Origin: an uncultured Gammaproteobacteria bacterium
GTDB lineage: Bacteria; Patescibacteriota; Patescibacteriia; Patescibacteriales; UBA12465
Length of the DNA stretch: 64,000 nt
NCBI GenBank assembly: GCA_964470695.1
Contig: CAYYDR010000001.1
Location: 75,405 to 139,404, forward strand
Direction of reading: 5' to 3'
Positions within the stretch are counted from its first letter, which is position 1, and the number at the start of each line of letters is the position of its first letter. Below, piece after piece: positions 45,066 to 54,775 of this stretch. Made by a program: the position numbers and the translations under genes. The notes below the pieces were generated by a model. That model ran no database searches. It had not been told where the DNA came from and saw only the letters and a list, made by a program, of their open reading frames with translations.

Positions 45066-46247
45066 ATGAAAGAAATAAAAAATATTGGCGTTTTTTTCGG
45101 CGGGAAAAGTCCGGAGCATGATATATCTGTTATTACCGGTCAGTTGATTATTTCCGTTTTGAAAAAAATGCCCGAGTATAATGTCATTCCGGTTTATTTA
45201 GATAAGCAAGAAAAGTTTTTTATTGCTGGCGATCTGGGCAGTTTGTCTTTTTTTAGCGTTGAAGGCTACCAGAATAAATTAACTAAGTTCGGGGCCTATA
45301 GCCTGGATTTAGATTTGTCTAAGGATTGTTTAGTATTTAGTAAGGGGAATTTATTATCTAAGAAAACAATTAAGATTGACCTAGTTTTTCCCGCCTTCCA
45401 CGGCAATTTAGGTGAGGATGGTTCTATGCAGGGGTTATTAAATATTTTTGGTGTTCCTTATGTCGGTTGCGAAGTAGCCGCTTCAGGGATTGCTATGAAT
45501 AAGATATTAACTAAGATTTTTTATCAGGGTTTAGGGGTGCCGACTACGAAATTTCTTTCCTATAACCGTTCCCAGTGGGAAGAAAAAAAGAATATTATTT
45601 TAGGAGAGATTAAAAATAATCTGAAGTGGCCGGTTTTTGTAAAACCCCCTCATTTAGGGTCATCTATTGGTATTACTAAGGTGACTAAAGAACCAGACTT
45701 AGAACAGGCCTGTGAAGTGGCCTTGCATTATGATGACGAGCTTTTGGTTGAAGAGAGCGTAGAAAATTTAGTGGATGTAACTTGCGCGGTTCGCGGTTAT
45801 AAAAATCCGCAGGCTTCCTTACTGCAGGAATCATCTTTTAACTCAGATTTGTTTAGTTATGAAGATAAATATTTAAATGACGGCGGCGCACAGTTAGGAC
45901 AAGCTGATAAAAAAATAATTATTCCGGCTAATTTAGATGAAGTTACTACTAAAAATATTCAGGAGGCTTCTTTAAAAATATTTCAGTCCCTGGGTTGCTC
46001 AGGAATTGCTCGGTTTGATTTCCTCTATAATAGTGTTACCAAGCAATATTTTGCGAATGAAATTAATCCATTTCCCGGCACGTTATATCATCATTTATGG
46101 CAGAAGAGCGGGGTAGAGATTGATCAACTGGTGCGCGGGCTAATTAATGATGCCTTGGTTCGTCAGTCCGAAAAAGAGAACTCAACTTATAGTTTTTCTT
46201 CTGAGGTTTTAGGGCGGTTAAAGGGCTTGAAATTAGCGAGGAAGTAG
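45066..46247 (+). CDS. ddl: D-alanine--D-alanine ligase
   Basis: GVFFGGKSPEHDIS, HGNLGEDGSMQGLL, ATP-grasp C-terminus (ANEINPFPG). Start at the ATG at 45066. Confidence 0.9.
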   Translation: MKEIKNIGVFFGGKSPEHDISVITGQLIISVLKKMPEYNVIPVYLDKQEKFFIAGDLGSLSFFSVEGYQNKLTKFGAYSLDLDLSKDCLVFSKGNLLSKKTIKIDLVFPAFHGNLGEDGSMQGLLNIFGVPYVGCEVAASGIAMNKILTKIFYQGLGVPTTKFLSYNRSQWEEKKNIILGEIKNNLKWPVFVKPPHLGSSIGITKVTKEPDLEQACEVALHYDDELLVEESVENLVDVTCAVRGYKNPQASLLQESSFNSDLFSYEDKYLNDGGAQLGQADKKIIIPANLDEVTTKNIQEASLKIFQSLGCSGIARFDFLYNSVTKQYFANEINPFPGTLYHHLWQKSGVEIDQLVRGLINDALVRQSEKENSTYSFSSEVLGRLKGLKLARK

Positions 46248-46284
46248 TTGTATATAATGTAGAATATAAAATTTGAATTAAATG

Positions 46285-46317
46285 AAAAACCCGACTTTTT
46301 GAAGAGCCGGGTTTTTG
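46285..46317. terminator. Bidirectional terminator (same AAAAACCCG...CGGGTTTTT family)
   Basis: AAAAACCCGAC-loop-GCCGGGTTTTT. Confidence 0.65.
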
Positions 46318-46336
46318 TTTAGCATTGTTTTGATGA

Positions 46337-46846
46337 TTATCCTTGGAGATGGTTTCTGGTTGGCTCCGCAGCTTCTATCTTTTGATTTAGAGCCAGTTCA
46401 ATTATGGGTCTTAGGTCGCCGTTTTTGTCACGATAAATAATAATATCGTGAAACAAGATGTGAATAATATATTCATTATCAACTACGGCGATATTAGAAA
46501 TCCGGCATTCTTCAGGAACAGATTTTAATATCTTTTGAGCCAGCTTTTTCCCGGTACCCCAGTAATGTAGTTTTAATACATTAATTTTTGTTGCATTTTG
46601 ATAATAAATCAAGATATCAGCGGTGAATCTTTCCAGATTAAATAGTGACAAAAGCGGCAGATCGTTTCTTTCCAGACAGAAATAAATTTCCTTACCGTCT
46701 ACTTTTTTTACCGCGTTAGAAATGATTATATTATCAGTTAATAAGTGGCGCTTATCGCCAGCCGCCAATAGGAAAGGGAACTCCTTAATAATTTTCAGGT
46801 TTTTCTCTCTTTGTTGCTCGCGCGGGCTTTGATTATTGTTTTTCAT
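46337..46846 (-). CDS. Hypothetical protein (orphan)
   Basis: 169-aa ORF with a strong SD AGGAGGTG 4 nt before the ATG. No recognisable motif. Confidence 0.5.
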   Translation of the reverse strand: MKNNNQSPREQQREKNLKIIKEFPFLLAAGDKRHLLTDNIIISNAVKKVDGKEIYFCLERNDLPLLSLFNLERFTADILIYYQNATKINVLKLHYWGTGKKLAQKILKSVPEECRISNIAVVDNEYIIHILFHDIIIYRDKNGDLRPIIELALNQKIEAAEPTRNHLQG

Positions 46847-46980
46847 TTAACACCTCCTGGACATCAGTCCATTTACCATCCGGTTAGATGGTGTTTTTTA
46901 AAATACGGTTATTTTTACTAATCTTTTATTAGATTAGTTTAAATAAATTATCATATATTTTACTTGTTGTAAATATGGAA

Positions 46981-47109
46981 TAAGGGATTCGGTCACGGTC
47001 GCTAAGCCTCGCTTGCTTGCTCCGCAAGCCGCGCTCGCTAAGCGCCCCGACCCGGCCTCGCGGTGCGTTCGCTACGCTCCGCACATCGCTCCGGCTTTCG
47101 AATCCCTTA
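46981..47109. repeat. GC-rich ~130-bp element bounded by 11-nt inverted repeats identical to part of the tRNA-Ala T-loop/acceptor
   Basis: TAAGGGATTCG (46981-46991) and CGAATCCCTTA (47099-47109). The same 11-mer occurs inside tRNA-Ala at 47171-47181. The interior is much more GC-rich than its surroundings. Confidence 0.5.
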
Positions 47110-47125
47110 GGCAAATCAACATTAA

Positions 47126-47159
47126 CTAAAATAACTCCACGCAGGTGGAGTTATTTTAG
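47126..47159 (-). terminator. Perfect 15-bp hairpin downstream of tRNA-Ala
   Basis: CTAAAATAACTCCAC-GCAG-GTGGAGTTATTTTAG. The following tract on the minus strand is T-rich. Confidence 0.45.
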
Positions 47160-47163
47160 TTAG

Positions 47164-47237
47164 TGGACCCTAAGGGATTCGAACCCTTGACCCCCTGCTT
47201 GCAAAGCAGGTGCTCTAGCCAGCTGAGCTAAGGGCCC
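47164..47237 (-). tRNA. tRNA-Ala(TGC)
   Basis: GGGCCCT acceptor with the G3:U70 identity pair, anticodon stem-loop CCTGC-TTTGCAA-GCAGG, T arm AAGGG-TTCGAAT-CCCTT. Confidence 0.92.
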
Positions 47238-47294
47238 CCAGTCAGGCTTATATCTTTCACGTAAGAGGTTAGCAATTTATTTCTAAATGGTCAA

Positions 47295-47558
47295 TTATTC
47301 TATTACCGGTGGCTGGCTTGATTTGATAAGTGGCCCTAATAACCAGCGCATAAAGTCATCGCCACTGCCGGTCATAACAATAATGCCGAAGAACAGACAT
47401 AACATGCCAATGAGTTTGTAGCCTAAACGTGAACCACCGTCTGAGCCTAATTTTTCTTCAAACCAAGCAATTCGTCCGAAATTATTTAAGATCCATTCCG
47501 TCTTAATGACTAACCCAGCCCCAGCGGCCGTGATTAAGATGCCAATAAAAATTGCCAT
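47295..47558 (-). CDS. Hypothetical small membrane protein (2 TM)
   Basis: 87 aa with two hydrophobic helices. Lies 5 nt downstream of the M23 peptidase gene. Confidence 0.5.
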   Translation of the reverse strand: MAIFIGILITAAGAGLVIKTEWILNNFGRIAWFEEKLGSDGGSRLGYKLIGMLCLFFGIIVMTGSGDDFMRWLLGPLIKSSQPPVIE

Positions 47559-47563
47559 ATGTA

Positions 47564-48862
47564 TTACCTTATATAATTAAGTGGATTATATCTCACTCCG
47601 TTAACTAGCACTTCAAAGTGCAGATGAGAGCCGGTTGATCTTCCGGTTGATCCCATGGCCGCAATATTTTCCCCCTTTTCAACTTCATCTCCTACTTTAA
47701 CAAAAAGTTTTGTCATGTGTCCATAGCGGGTTTTGCGTCCTCCGCCGTGATTAATTACAATCGTGTTACCATACCCGCCGTTGTAACCACCTCGGGCAAT
47801 TTCTACAATGCCATCATCAGCAGCATATATTGGCGTGCCTACTTTATTACCGATATCAACGCCGTTGTGGCGCCAAGAGAAATATTGGGTAATGCGATAT
47901 CCCTGGGTAGGCCAGGCCATCTTTCCGCCGCCGGCTTTGACGGTAGGAGATTTAATTAAATCGCGAATAGCGGATATTCCCGTATAGCTACTACCAGTTC
48001 GGCTGCTAGTAACTCTAGTTTGTTCAATTATTTTTTTAGCACCAGGGACTATTATTTTCTGTCCGATTTTCAGTCCGGCCTCAAGATTGTTGCAGCTTAA
48101 TATTTTATCAGCTTCTACTCCGTACTTATTAGCAATTTTGGAGACAGTGTCGCCGGATTTTACAGTATATAATATTCCGCTATAAGGTAAAATTATTAAA
48201 TTATCGCCTGGCCGGATTAAGCCATAAGAATTTAAATTATTGGCCCACAATATAGTATTAATAGTTAAACTAAACTTTCTAGCAATAGTGCTGACAGTAT
48301 CGCCATTTTGAACAGTATAGTTTATGATGGTAGTTCTTTGTTGGGCGGTAGCTCCCTCATCGTTCTTTTTTGCGGTCGTAGCTAAAGGTTTGAATATTAA
48401 ATCGCCATCCTCGTTAAAAACAAGTTGGTTATTTTGGTTGGCGTCGTTTTCGTCAATTGTATTAAGAGATTTTTCTAGAGTACAGGAGTCAGCTAGGTAT
48501 TTTTCTTTGCCGGCCGCGAGTAAACTATTTAAGGAGCGCCCCTCTTCTATTAATTCCTCGTCAAAGTTATAACCAAGATCTGACGGGATGAGATCGGCCA
48601 TGACGGTTTTTGATATTTTGGATTGCGCGTCACTGGGTTTTTGTTGGCTGATGATATTAAAAGTAATTATTGCGATAGTCAATAAAAATATAAAAAAATA
48701 GACTAGCCGGTTGCGAGATATTTCACCCACGGTTTTATTGGTCAGATCATTTTTTTTCAGACGGAAGGTGCCGTAATATATTTTAACTAATATTTTAGAA
48801 AAAAACCCTCCAAAGATTAAACGAAAAAACCCGGAACTGGCCCGGAATATGTTGGAAATCAA
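47564..48862 (-). CDS. LysM-domain M23 family metallopeptidase (peptidoglycan endopeptidase)
   Basis: Two LysM repeats (YTVQNGDTVSTIARKF, YTVKSGDTVSKIANKY), M23 motifs HNGVDI and GSHLHFEV. Start codon uncertain (TTG at 48862). Confidence 0.85.
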   Translation of the reverse strand: MISNIFRASSGFFRLIFGGFFSKILVKIYYGTFRLKKNDLTNKTVGEISRNRLVYFFIFLLTIAIITFNIISQQKPSDAQSKISKTVMADLIPSDLGYNFDEELIEEGRSLNSLLAAGKEKYLADSCTLEKSLNTIDENDANQNNQLVFNEDGDLIFKPLATTAKKNDEGATAQQRTTIINYTVQNGDTVSTIARKFSLTINTILWANNLNSYGLIRPGDNLIILPYSGILYTVKSGDTVSKIANKYGVEADKILSCNNLEAGLKIGQKIIVPGAKKIIEQTRVTSSRTGSSYTGISAIRDLIKSPTVKAGGGKMAWPTQGYRITQYFSWRHNGVDIGNKVGTPIYAADDGIVEIARGGYNGGYGNTIVINHGGGRKTRYGHMTKLFVKVGDEVEKGENIAAMGSTGRSTGSHLHFEVLVNGVRYNPLNYIR

Positions 48863-49057
48863 TCGGCCCGATAAGCTTAATAGCTTAATTGATATTAGAC
48901 CGGCCTCAATTCCTATTTTTTTGATTTGTTGCTTAATTTGTTGTCCTATATATTTAGACTAAAACCTTATTATATACTATCATCTTTAAACTTTTATCGT
49001 CAATTTGCTTTATTATGTTATAATTAATTATTATAAGTTTAAATAAATTTAAAATAT

Positions 49058-49795
49058 ATGTATAAGATTGTTTTATTGCGCCACGGAGAGAGCACTTGGA
49101 ATAAAAAAGGATTGTTTACCGGCTGGACCGATGTTAATTTAACCAAGAAGGGGGAGTTAGAGGCAAAAGAAGCTGGTCGAGAGTTAAAGAAAAATGGGTT
49201 TTATTTTGATTTAGCCTATACCTCGCTTTTGCGACGCGCTTCTCGTACTCTTAGGATATCTTTATCTGAGCTGAAAATAAAAAAAATTCCCGTTTTGTCT
49301 GATTGGCGTCTCAATGAGAGACATTATGGTAATTTGCAGGGTTTGAATAAAATTGAGATGGCTAAGAAATTTGGTGAAGAAAAAGTTCTTGTTTGGCGGC
49401 GGAGTTATGATGTCAGGCCGCCTAGAATAGACAGTCAGAATAAATATAATCAAAAATATGATTTAAAATATAGAGGCATTGAAGTGCCTGATACCGAGAG
49501 TCTAAAAGATGTCGTAGCTAGAGTAATGCCATTATGGAAGAAAGAAATTGCTCCGCAGATAAGAAGGGGGAAGCGTATTATCGTAGCTGCCAGTGGCAAT
49601 AGTTTAAGGGCGGTGGTTAAATATTTAGATAAAATTTCTCCCAAAGATATAGTTAATCTTAATATTCCGACTGGTATCCCCTTGGTTTATGAGTTAAATA
49701 AAAATTTACAACCAATAAGACATTATTACTTAGCTGACCCTAAAAAGGTCCAGGCGGCAATGGAAAAAGTTAAGAATCAGGGCAAGAGCAAATAA
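49058..49795 (+). CDS. gpmA: 2,3-bisphosphoglycerate-dependent phosphoglycerate mutase
   Basis: LLRHGESTWN catalytic-His motif, RLNERHYG, 245 aa. Confidence 0.9.
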   Translation: MYKIVLLRHGESTWNKKGLFTGWTDVNLTKKGELEAKEAGRELKKNGFYFDLAYTSLLRRASRTLRISLSELKIKKIPVLSDWRLNERHYGNLQGLNKIEMAKKFGEEKVLVWRRSYDVRPPRIDSQNKYNQKYDLKYRGIEVPDTESLKDVVARVMPLWKKEIAPQIRRGKRIIVAASGNSLRAVVKYLDKISPKDIVNLNIPTGIPLVYELNKNLQPIRHYYLADPKKVQAAMEKVKNQGKSK

Positions 49796-49819
49796 GTATA
49801 TCTATTTTTATTGAAATAT

Positions 49820-49847
49820 AAAAGCCTGGCTTCGTGCCAGGCTTTTA
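49820..49847. terminator. Bidirectional terminator
   Basis: AAAAGCCTGGC-TTCGT-GCCAGGCTTTT. Confidence 0.7.
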
Positions 49848-49868
49848 TATTTTATTAGTTTGATGAAT

Positions 49869-50822
49869 TTATTTTACTATGACGGAGAATGGTTTCTTCT
49901 GTCCGTAAGGTTTAGGCCCGGTCTTTAAACAGTAATTGGACAGGCCTTTTTTAAAATAGGCGGGACGGCTAGCTTGAATAAAGCCGATTAAGTAATAACT
50001 AACCGCTAGGGCTAGTCCGTAATTAGTTTGTTTGGGTAAATTAATATCCCAACGATTCTTTGGTTGACCAAAAAATTTATTTTTGCCGAAACTAATGACT
50101 AGCTCTTTCTCTGACGGGCAGATAAATTTAGCGTGTCGGGCGTTCCCCTCGGAATACCCACGCAAACTAGAATAGGGGCCGAATAATTCATCGTCTTTAA
50201 CATTTATCATATCAACTATAGGGCGGAAACGGTCCGGTAAAATAAAAGTAAAATATTTATAGTCTCGGAAATTTTTAGGCAGTTTGATTGCGCTTAAGAA
50301 ATTTTTGATTTTTTTAGGGTTTTCTTTCGTTAAACTCAGTATCATACCCAGATAAGTAGAAAAGTTGTATGAGTATGGCTCAGGCGATTTCTGCCAAGCT
50401 ACAAATTTATTAGCGAGCTTGGCGCCAGTTGAATTAGCATTGCAAGTTAAGAGGGTGGTTTTGAGTCCCGCCTTTTTTGCCGCCTTTATTTCCCAAATAG
50501 AATCTTTTTCACCTGAGGCTGATATGATGATAGCTTCTTTTATTGTCCCCGCTTTAATTAGGGGGCGGTATATTTTTAGTTGTTCTAAAAAATTACCTTC
50601 ATCCGCGAAAAAGACCGGTTTGTCGCCAAACAGCATTCGCCCGGTATTATAGGCATTGACGCTTCCAACTACGAAGCCTGGTTCCTGTTTTTTTAAATCA
50701 AGTTTGACCGGTTTGTTTTTAATAAAGAAATTGAGCCCATCCATGACGCTTGCGTTCAAATCTGGCAAATTATTATTTTTCATATTTTGCTTTATTTTAC
50801 TTATATTTTCATTATAATTCAT
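49869..50822 (-). CDS. Hypothetical protein, possibly with a SIS (sugar isomerase)-like domain
   Basis: VVGSVNAYNTGRM and IIISASGEKDS...AKKAGLKTTLLTCN resemble SIS-fold motifs. Confidence 0.35.
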   Translation of the reverse strand: MNYNENISKIKQNMKNNNLPDLNASVMDGLNFFIKNKPVKLDLKKQEPGFVVGSVNAYNTGRMLFGDKPVFFADEGNFLEQLKIYRPLIKAGTIKEAIIISASGEKDSIWEIKAAKKAGLKTTLLTCNANSTGAKLANKFVAWQKSPEPYSYNFSTYLGMILSLTKENPKKIKNFLSAIKLPKNFRDYKYFTFILPDRFRPIVDMINVKDDELFGPYSSLRGYSEGNARHAKFICPSEKELVISFGKNKFFGQPKNRWDINLPKQTNYGLALAVSYYLIGFIQASRPAYFKKGLSNYCLKTGPKPYGQKKPFSVIVK

Positions 50823-50880
50823 CTTGATTTTTATTTCAATTTAGGCTACAATAATTACAAATTAATGAATTAATGAAAAT

Positions 50881-51600
50881 ATGTCAGGACACTCAAAATG
50901 GGCGACTACGCATCGCCAAAAAGAATTAGTTGATGCTAAACGGGGAGCAATTTTTACTAAATTGGCTAATATAATCACGATTGCCGCTAAGAAAGGCGGC
51001 GACCCTAATACTAATCCTTCCTTGCGGGCGGCCGTTGATAGGGCGCGCGACGTCAGCATGCCTAAAGATAATATTGAGCGGGCGATTAAAAAAGGAACCG
51101 GCGAATTAGCCGGCGATCAAATTGAAGAATTATATTATGAAGGGATAGTCCCGCCTGGAGTTCAGGTAGTGGTAAAGTGTGTTACGGACAATAAAAATCG
51201 CAGCGGCGCTTCGGTTCGTCATATGTTTACTAAAAATGGCGGAGCCTTTGGCGCAGTTTTGTGGAATTTTTCCCAATTAGGCGTAATCCGCATCGCCAGT
51301 GAAGAAGTAAAGGCCAAGAAAATTAGTAATGAGGATCTGGAACTAGAATTAATTGACCAGGGCATCCATGATTTTAAAAAAGAAGAAGAGGGAATTACTA
51401 TTTATACGGAATTTAAAGACTTTCAAAAAATCCGCGAGTTTTTAGAAGCTAAAAATCTAAAGCTAGAGGCGGCGGAAATTGAATATGTGGCTAAGGAAAA
51501 ATTGGATTTAGCGGCTGGCGACCAGGAAAAAATGGATAAGTTTTTTGAGGAGTTGGATAGCAATGAAGATGTCAGTGATTATTACTCTAATATTTCTTAG
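50881..51600 (+). CDS. yebC: YebC/PmpR family DNA-binding regulator
   Basis: MSGHSKWATTHRQK N-terminus and overall family pattern. Confidence 0.9.
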   Translation: MSGHSKWATTHRQKELVDAKRGAIFTKLANIITIAAKKGGDPNTNPSLRAAVDRARDVSMPKDNIERAIKKGTGELAGDQIEELYYEGIVPPGVQVVVKCVTDNKNRSGASVRHMFTKNGGAFGAVLWNFSQLGVIRIASEEVKAKKISNEDLELELIDQGIHDFKKEEEGITIYTEFKDFQKIREFLEAKNLKLEAAEIEYVAKEKLDLAAGDQEKMDKFFEELDSNEDVSDYYSNIS

Positions 51601-51608
51601 GATTTTTT

Positions 51609-52097
51609 ATGTCTAAGATTATTTTAGGCATTGATCCGGGCATCGCCGATACTGGCTATGGCTTAATCAGAGAAGAAAGGGGCAAATTAACTTGCTTGGC
51701 CTATGGTTCAATTAAAACTCCGGCGGGGCAAGAATTAATTGAGCGTTTAGATTCTTTACATTCTCAACTAGATAAGATTATTAAAAAATATCAGCCGGAT
51801 TTTGCCGCGATTGAGCAATTATTTTTTAATAAAAATGTTCGAACCGCTCTTATTGTCGGCCAAGCCAGAGGCGTTGCTCTTTTAACGCTTAGACAGAATA
51901 AGTTGGCGGTTTTTGATTTTACCCCATCGCAAGTTAAGCAATCCGTGGCGGCTTACGGCCAAGCTTCAAAAACTCAAGTGCAAAAAATGGTTAAATTAAT
52001 TTTGAATATGGCTGAATTACCTAAGCCTGATGATGCCGCCGATGCTTTGGCGGTCGCTTTGTGCGGCTTAAATTCTCGTTTATGCTTAAAAAAATAA
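51609..52097 (+). CDS. ruvC: Holliday junction resolvase RuvC
   Basis: ILGIDPG..DTGYG, AIEQLFF, DAADALAVA catalytic-acidic motifs. Confidence 0.9.
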   Translation: MSKIILGIDPGIADTGYGLIREERGKLTCLAYGSIKTPAGQELIERLDSLHSQLDKIIKKYQPDFAAIEQLFFNKNVRTALIVGQARGVALLTLRQNKLAVFDFTPSQVKQSVAAYGQASKTQVQKMVKLILNMAELPKPDDAADALAVALCGLNSRLCLKK

Positions 52098-53548
52098 AAA
52101 TTGCCCATATTGCTTCTGAAGTCGCTCCGTATTCTAAAACGGGTGGTTTAGGCGATGTCAGTCGCAGCTTGCCTAAGGCTTTGCGCCGTTTAGGGCACGA
52201 GGTCATAATTATCACCCCTCTTTACGGCCGACTGATTGATAAGAAGGATAATAAATTAACTTTAATTTTTTCCGATATAGAACTCCGACTGAATTCCCAG
52301 GAAAGAATTAAGGTTAACTATTGGCGCGGTTATTTAATGGAAGGTTTGCCGGTTTATTTTGTAGAATGTAAAAAATATTTTTCTAAGCATCAGCGTCTTT
52401 ACGGGTCTACTCGGGAGAATGCCAGATTTCTAGTATTTAATGTAGCGGCTTTAAAACTTTTGTCGTTATTAAAATTTTCCGCCGATATTATCCATTGCCA
52501 TGATTGGCAGACCGGGCTTATTCCATATTATTTAAAGACAGATTTTCGCTATTCTAAGACTCTTAAAAAGGCTAAGACTATTTTTACTATTCATAATCTT
52601 ATTTTTCAGCTGGGTCATAACTGGTGGGAGATTGCTCCGGAAAATAAAGATTATGGCCGGGGGCGTCTGCCGCATTTAGATGATCCAAAATTGGAATATA
52701 TTAATTTTGCCAAGCGGGCCGTTTTATCCGCGGATTTTATTAATACGGTCAGTGAACAATATCGGGAAGAAATAATGACTAAAAAATTCGGGCAGAATCT
52801 GCATCGCATTTTGCAGAACCGCTCTGATCGTTTGATCGGTATTATTAACGGGATTGATTATAATACTTATAATCCGGAGAAGGATAAAGCTGTTCATAAG
52901 CGCTATTCTTTTAATACGGCGTCTTTTAAGGTGGACAATAAAAATTATTTGCAGAAAACTTTTAGTCTGCCGATTGATAAGAATATACCGATTTTCTGTA
53001 CTACTTCGCGGGTTACTTTTCAGAAAGGGTTTGAACTGTTAATTAAAATTTTCCCTCAGCTGTTCCGCCTGGAAGCGCAATTCATTATAATTGGTTCGGG
53101 AGATAAAAAATATATTAAAGAATTACAGAAACTCAGCCGCCGTTACCCGAATAAATTAGTAGTTATTCCTAGTCATGAAGCCAATCAGAAATATGAAACC
53201 CTGGTTTATGCTGGTTCGGATTTTTTCTTACTGCCGTCTAATCATGAGCCCTGCGGCATTAATCAGCTTATTGCGATGCGTTATGGCTGTGTCCCTATAG
53301 TTAGAGAGGTAGGCGGTCTGCAAGATACAGTAGAAAATTTTTCGCCGGCCTTTAAAGAAGGGACCGGATTTACTTTTAAAAATGAAGATGAGTTTGACTT
53401 GCATGGCGCCATTATTCGCGCGCTGGAAAATTATAAGAATAAGCCGGTTTTCAAGGCTTTGATTAAAAGAATAATGAAGAAATCTAATGGTTGGGAAATA
53501 CCAGCCAAGAAATATATTGAGCTTTATCGTAAAGTTATTAAACAATAG
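52082..53548 (+). CDS. glgA: Glycogen/starch synthase (GT5)
   Basis: IAHIASEVAPYSKTGGLGDV N-terminal signature, HCHDWQTG, EPCGINQL. Start at the ATG at 52082, overlapping the ruvC end. Confidence 0.9.
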   Translation: MLKKIKIAHIASEVAPYSKTGGLGDVSRSLPKALRRLGHEVIIITPLYGRLIDKKDNKLTLIFSDIELRLNSQERIKVNYWRGYLMEGLPVYFVECKKYFSKHQRLYGSTRENARFLVFNVAALKLLSLLKFSADIIHCHDWQTGLIPYYLKTDFRYSKTLKKAKTIFTIHNLIFQLGHNWWEIAPENKDYGRGRLPHLDDPKLEYINFAKRAVLSADFINTVSEQYREEIMTKKFGQNLHRILQNRSDRLIGIINGIDYNTYNPEKDKAVHKRYSFNTASFKVDNKNYLQKTFSLPIDKNIPIFCTTSRVTFQKGFELLIKIFPQLFRLEAQFIIIGSGDKKYIKELQKLSRRYPNKLVVIPSHEANQKYETLVYAGSDFFLLPSNHEPCGINQLIAMRYGCVPIVREVGGLQDTVENFSPAFKEGTGFTFKNEDEFDLHGAIIRALENYKNKPVFKALIKRIMKKSNGWEIPAKKYIELYRKVIKQ

Positions 53549-53554
53549 AAATCT

Positions 53555-54775
53555 ATGTTGTGGCTTAATTTCTTACATTTTTATCAACCGGCTAACGCGG
53601 AATTTTATAATATCCGCAAGGCGCTTGATAAAAGTTATTGGCGGTTGATACGTCTTTTGGAAGAACACCCTGATTTAAAGTTCACCATTAATATCAGTGG
53701 TTGCCTCTTAGAACGATTAGCTGATGAAAAAGAAACGGCTTTCATTGAGCGTCTGAAGTTTTTAGTTAAAAAAGGCAGAGTAGAGCTCACCGGCTCAGCT
53801 GCTTATCATGGATTTTTACCTCTATTACCAGCCGAGGAAGTTGTTAGGCAAGTTAAGGTTAATGAAAGAATATTGAGGAAATATTTCGGCGTTAGTTTTA
53901 AGCCAACAGGATTTTTTTTACCGGAAATGGCTTATACACCAGCTGTTGCCCAGATTATCAAGCGCTTAGGTTATGACTGGATTATCTTAGATGAGATTGC
54001 CTATGGCGGAAATTTGAAGCATAGGCCGGTTTGGGGAAGTTTCTATATAGATAAGGATAGCGGCCTAAAAGTAATTTTTAGAAATCGTGAATTGTCTAGC
54101 GCCTATCCGCCCGATAAGCTAAAAGTAGTTTTGAAAGAGTCTGTTACTTCTAAGTCCGCCGCATTGAATGAGCCATTGAAAGTGCCGGCAGAAATATTTG
54201 TCACCGCTACTGACGCAGAGCTTTATGGCTTGCGCCATGAGGATCCGACCGCCGAATTAGAGAAGCTGGCCAAGATAAAGGGTTTGAAAACTTTAACTTT
54301 GTCTAAACAGTTAAAAGCGGTCGGGCGAAAAAAGTTGGAAAAAATAAATATTTGGCCATCTTCCTGGGAATCTAGTCCTAATGAAGTTAAAAATAAACAA
54401 CCGTTTAATTTGTGGCATGATAAGAGCAATAAGATTCACTCTGATTTGTGGCTTTTAATTAATTTAGCGCTCGGCTTGGGCGATAGATTTAAGAAAGATA
54501 AGAATTTTTATTGGTATCGGTGGCATTTGGTGCGTGGTTTGGCGAGCTGCACTTTGTGGTGGGCTAGCGCGCGCGACTTTTCTAAAATTTTTGGGCCTTA
54601 CGCTTGGAGCCCGGATGATATTGAACGAGGTCTTGAGGATCTAATTCGTTCCGTCCGTTCTTTGAATGATACTAAAACCAAGAAGGCAAAGCTGGAAGCG
54701 GAAAAATATTATTTACGGATTAAAAAAAGGATTTGGAAAGAGCACTGGAAAAAACATTGGCAAAAGACTATATGA
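53555..54775 (+). CDS. Glycoside hydrolase family 57-like alpha-glucan enzyme
   Basis: LHFYQP, GRVELTGSAAYHGFLPLL, FFLPEMAY and TATDAELYG resemble the five GH57 regions, including the nucleophile Glu. Confidence 0.55.
   Translation: MLWLNFLHFYQPANAEFYNIRKALDKSYWRLIRLLEEHPDLKFTINISGCLLERLADEKETAFIERLKFLVKKGRVELTGSAAYHGFLPLLPAEEVVRQVKVNERILRKYFGVSFKPTGFFLPEMAYTPAVAQIIKRLGYDWIILDEIAYGGNLKHRPVWGSFYIDKDSGLKVIFRNRELSSAYPPDKLKVVLKESVTSKSAALNEPLKVPAEIFVTATDAELYGLRHEDPTAELEKLAKIKGLKTLTLSKQLKAVGRKKLEKINIWPSSWESSPNEVKNKQPFNLWHDKSNKIHSDLWLLINLALGLGDRFKKDKNFYWYRWHLVRGLASCTLWWASARDFSKIFGPYAWSPDDIERGLEDLIRSVRSLNDTKTKKAKLEAEKYYLRIKKRIWKEHWKKHWQKTI

Noticed and set aside
46929-47114. 61-codon Arg-rich ORF (minus strand) spanning the GC-rich element.
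   Set aside because: It has no SD or promoter, and the opposite strand is also open over the GC-rich part. That is expected from GC-rich sequence in an AT-rich genome. Treated as a repeat or RNA-like element, not a CDS.
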